Origin: Candidatus Hadarchaeota archaeon
Lineage (GTDB): Archaea; CAYQAE01; CAYVLA01
NCBI GenBank assembly: GCA_964452145.1
Contig: CAYVLA010000041.1
Coordinates: 1 to 27,001, forward strand
Length of the DNA stretch: 27,001 nt
Direction of reading: 5' to 3'
Shown one piece after another: positions 25,100 through 27,001 of the stretch. Position 1 is the stretch's first letter. Every line of letters starts with the position of its first letter. The notes below the pieces were generated by a model that saw nothing but the letters and a program-made list of their open reading frames with translations, did not search any database and was not told where the DNA came from. The position numbers and the translations under genes are program-made.

Positions 25100-26946
25100 A
25101 TGTGGTCGTGGATCGCCTCCAGTCTCGTAAGCGGACAATCGCAGATCAATGGAGTGTTGTGGCTGCTCTTGCCCTCCGTGGCTTTGGCAAGCTGTGGGAG
25201 GTGGGCATCTTGGATCGCGGTCAAACGATGGAAGATCCTCGTCGCTGAGGACGCCACGCCAAGTGAGCGGTATGCAGCCGGTGAGCTGCAGGGATTCTTG
25301 GAGCAAGCTGCAGACGTCAGGCTGCCTATCGTTGGTGATAACTCCCGCAGAGGAAACTGCATATTCGTCGGTCCCGGCGCGGTGCGTCGGGCGGGCGAGA
25401 TGGCCTTTGATATTGGGGGCTTTGGACCCGAGGACCTGAGGGTCATCATCCGAGAAGAGGGCATCGCAATCGCCGGTGGCAGGCCTCGCGGTACCCTCTA
25501 CGGCGTCTACACCTTCCTGGAGGATGTCGTGGGCGTTCGCTTCCTGACCCCTGATCACACCTACGTACCCAAGTTGGTGGATCGGTCATGTCTGCCTCTC
25601 ATGGACAAGACCTACCGCCCGCCCTTCCGGTTCCGCTGGAGCTACTTCGGGGAGATCGCCGAGGACCATGTCTTTGCCACCCGGATGCGGACGAACACGG
25701 TTCAGACGGAGGAGCATCTGGGGAACAAGACGCCGCTCGGTCTCGTGAACCATACCTTCGGCCGCCTCATGCCATGGGCCAAGTATGGGAAGAAGCACCC
25801 TGAATACTATAACGAGACCGACGGTGAACGCCCCAGGGATATCTGGAACGATCAGTACGATCCCGGGGTCCAGCTGTGCACGACAAATCCGGATGTGGTG
25901 CGGATCGTCACGAACGCCGTGCTGAAGGATCTGGCGGCAAACCCCGGCGCCGGCAACATCTCAGTGTCTCAGAACGACAACAGCCAGAAGTGCGAATGTG
26001 AGAGGTGCCGGGCCGTGGACGAGCAAGAAGGCTCGCACATGGGATCTCTCCTGATGCTTGTGAATGCCGTGGCCGATGCGGTTTCCAAGTCGCATCCCGG
26101 CGTCATGGTCGGAACGCTTGCCTACGATTACACCAGGAAGCCGCCCACCACGATCAGACCTAGGCCAAATGTGCAGATCCAGCTCTGCAGCATCGAATGC
26201 TGCCAGACGCATCCCATCGATGACCCCGGCTGCCCGAAGAACCCTGCGTTCTGCGAGGATCTCAGGAGCTGGGGGAAGATCTGTGACAACGTCTACGTGT
26301 GGACCTACGTCACGAACTTCCACAACTACCTCATCCCGTGCCCTAACCTGCGTGCCTTAGGCCACAACATCCGGTTCTTCCGGGCAAATAATGTGAAGGG
26401 GCTCTTCATGCAGGGACCGGCCTCAGGGGCAGAATTGGGTGGGCTAAGAAACTACATCATCAGCAACATGATCTGGGATCCGACCATGAATGAGAATGCG
26501 CTGATGGATGAGTTCTTGGCTCTGCATTACGGCAGGGCGGCGAACTTCGTCAAGCGGTACATCGACTTGGTTCACGACGCAGCACAGAAAAAGGGCCAAC
26601 ACCGCAACTGCTTCGGAACAGCCGCCGAGCATGGCCTGAGTGCAGATCTGGGTCGGGAGGGGCTTGGGATGGGGTGGAGAAGGCCTCGATCGCCTGTCAC
26701 GCGCTTATCGTGGAACCGGCGGTGGCCCCGGCTTTTCAGAAAGTCCGGAGCCGGAAGAAGCAGAGGGACAAGACACCCTTTGTGTTGGAGCCCGGTGTCG
26801 CCGAGGAGCTACGTTCGCATCTTGCCGAATTCTTTGATCTCTGCCGCCGCTATGCCATACCTCGGATGGGCGAGTGGGCGACCATGGATGAGGTGGCGGA
26901 TGTCCTCCGGGAAGGATATGGGATGGATAGAAGCGAGCCCTTCTAA
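25100..26946 (+). pseudogene. DUF4838-like protein (N-terminal GH20/GH67-type domain) with a frameshift near 26671
   Basis: AAGELQGFLEQ, GGRPRGTLYGVYTFLEDVVGVRFL, HPEYY, QLCTTNP, DN..CECERC and TLAY are typical of this family. After GREGLG the main frame becomes non-protein-like, while frame 26674..26946 (VEKASIACH...) looks like the natural helical C-terminus. Could be a sequencing or assembly error. Confidence 0.75.
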
Positions 26947-27001
26947 CTAATTGGTGCCCGGGCAGTGAGCCTCTCTTTGAATACTCTCGGTCGGCCCCAC
27001 C

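Noticed and set aside
1..27001. CRISPR arrays, tandem repeats, transposases/integrases, defence genes
   Set aside because: No regularly spaced direct repeats or recognisable motifs found by eye. Weak or degenerate repeats could have been missed.

Overview
GC-rich, probably archaeal chromosomal segment. The archaeal call is an inference from TATA-like boxes near several starts, a TIGR04076 protein, an archaeal-type RND/MMPL transporter and sequon-rich surface proteins. It holds about 21 genes. I recognise no tRNA, rRNA, CRISPR array or transposase. Contents: (i) three dispersed paralogs (one truncated by the left edge) of an uncharacterised surface-protein family with a class I glutamine amidotransferase-like domain, a helical stalk, a conserved TM helix and a basic/Tyr tail, plus a fourth, more distant GATase/ThuA-like membrane-anchored protein; (ii) a PadR regulator-RND/MMPL transporter operon; (iii) catabolic enzymes (HAD, PHP, two alpha/alpha-toroid-like proteins, a choline-sulfatase-like sulfatase, an alpha/beta hydrolase, a frameshifted DUF4838-like protein); (iv) a membrane-anchored winged-helix regulator translationally coupled to a single-pass extracellular protein (ToxR/ToxS-like architecture); (v) several 400-570 bp intergenic regions with nested inverted repeats. 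All family assignments come from motif recognition by eye, not database searches. Several start codons are uncertain.
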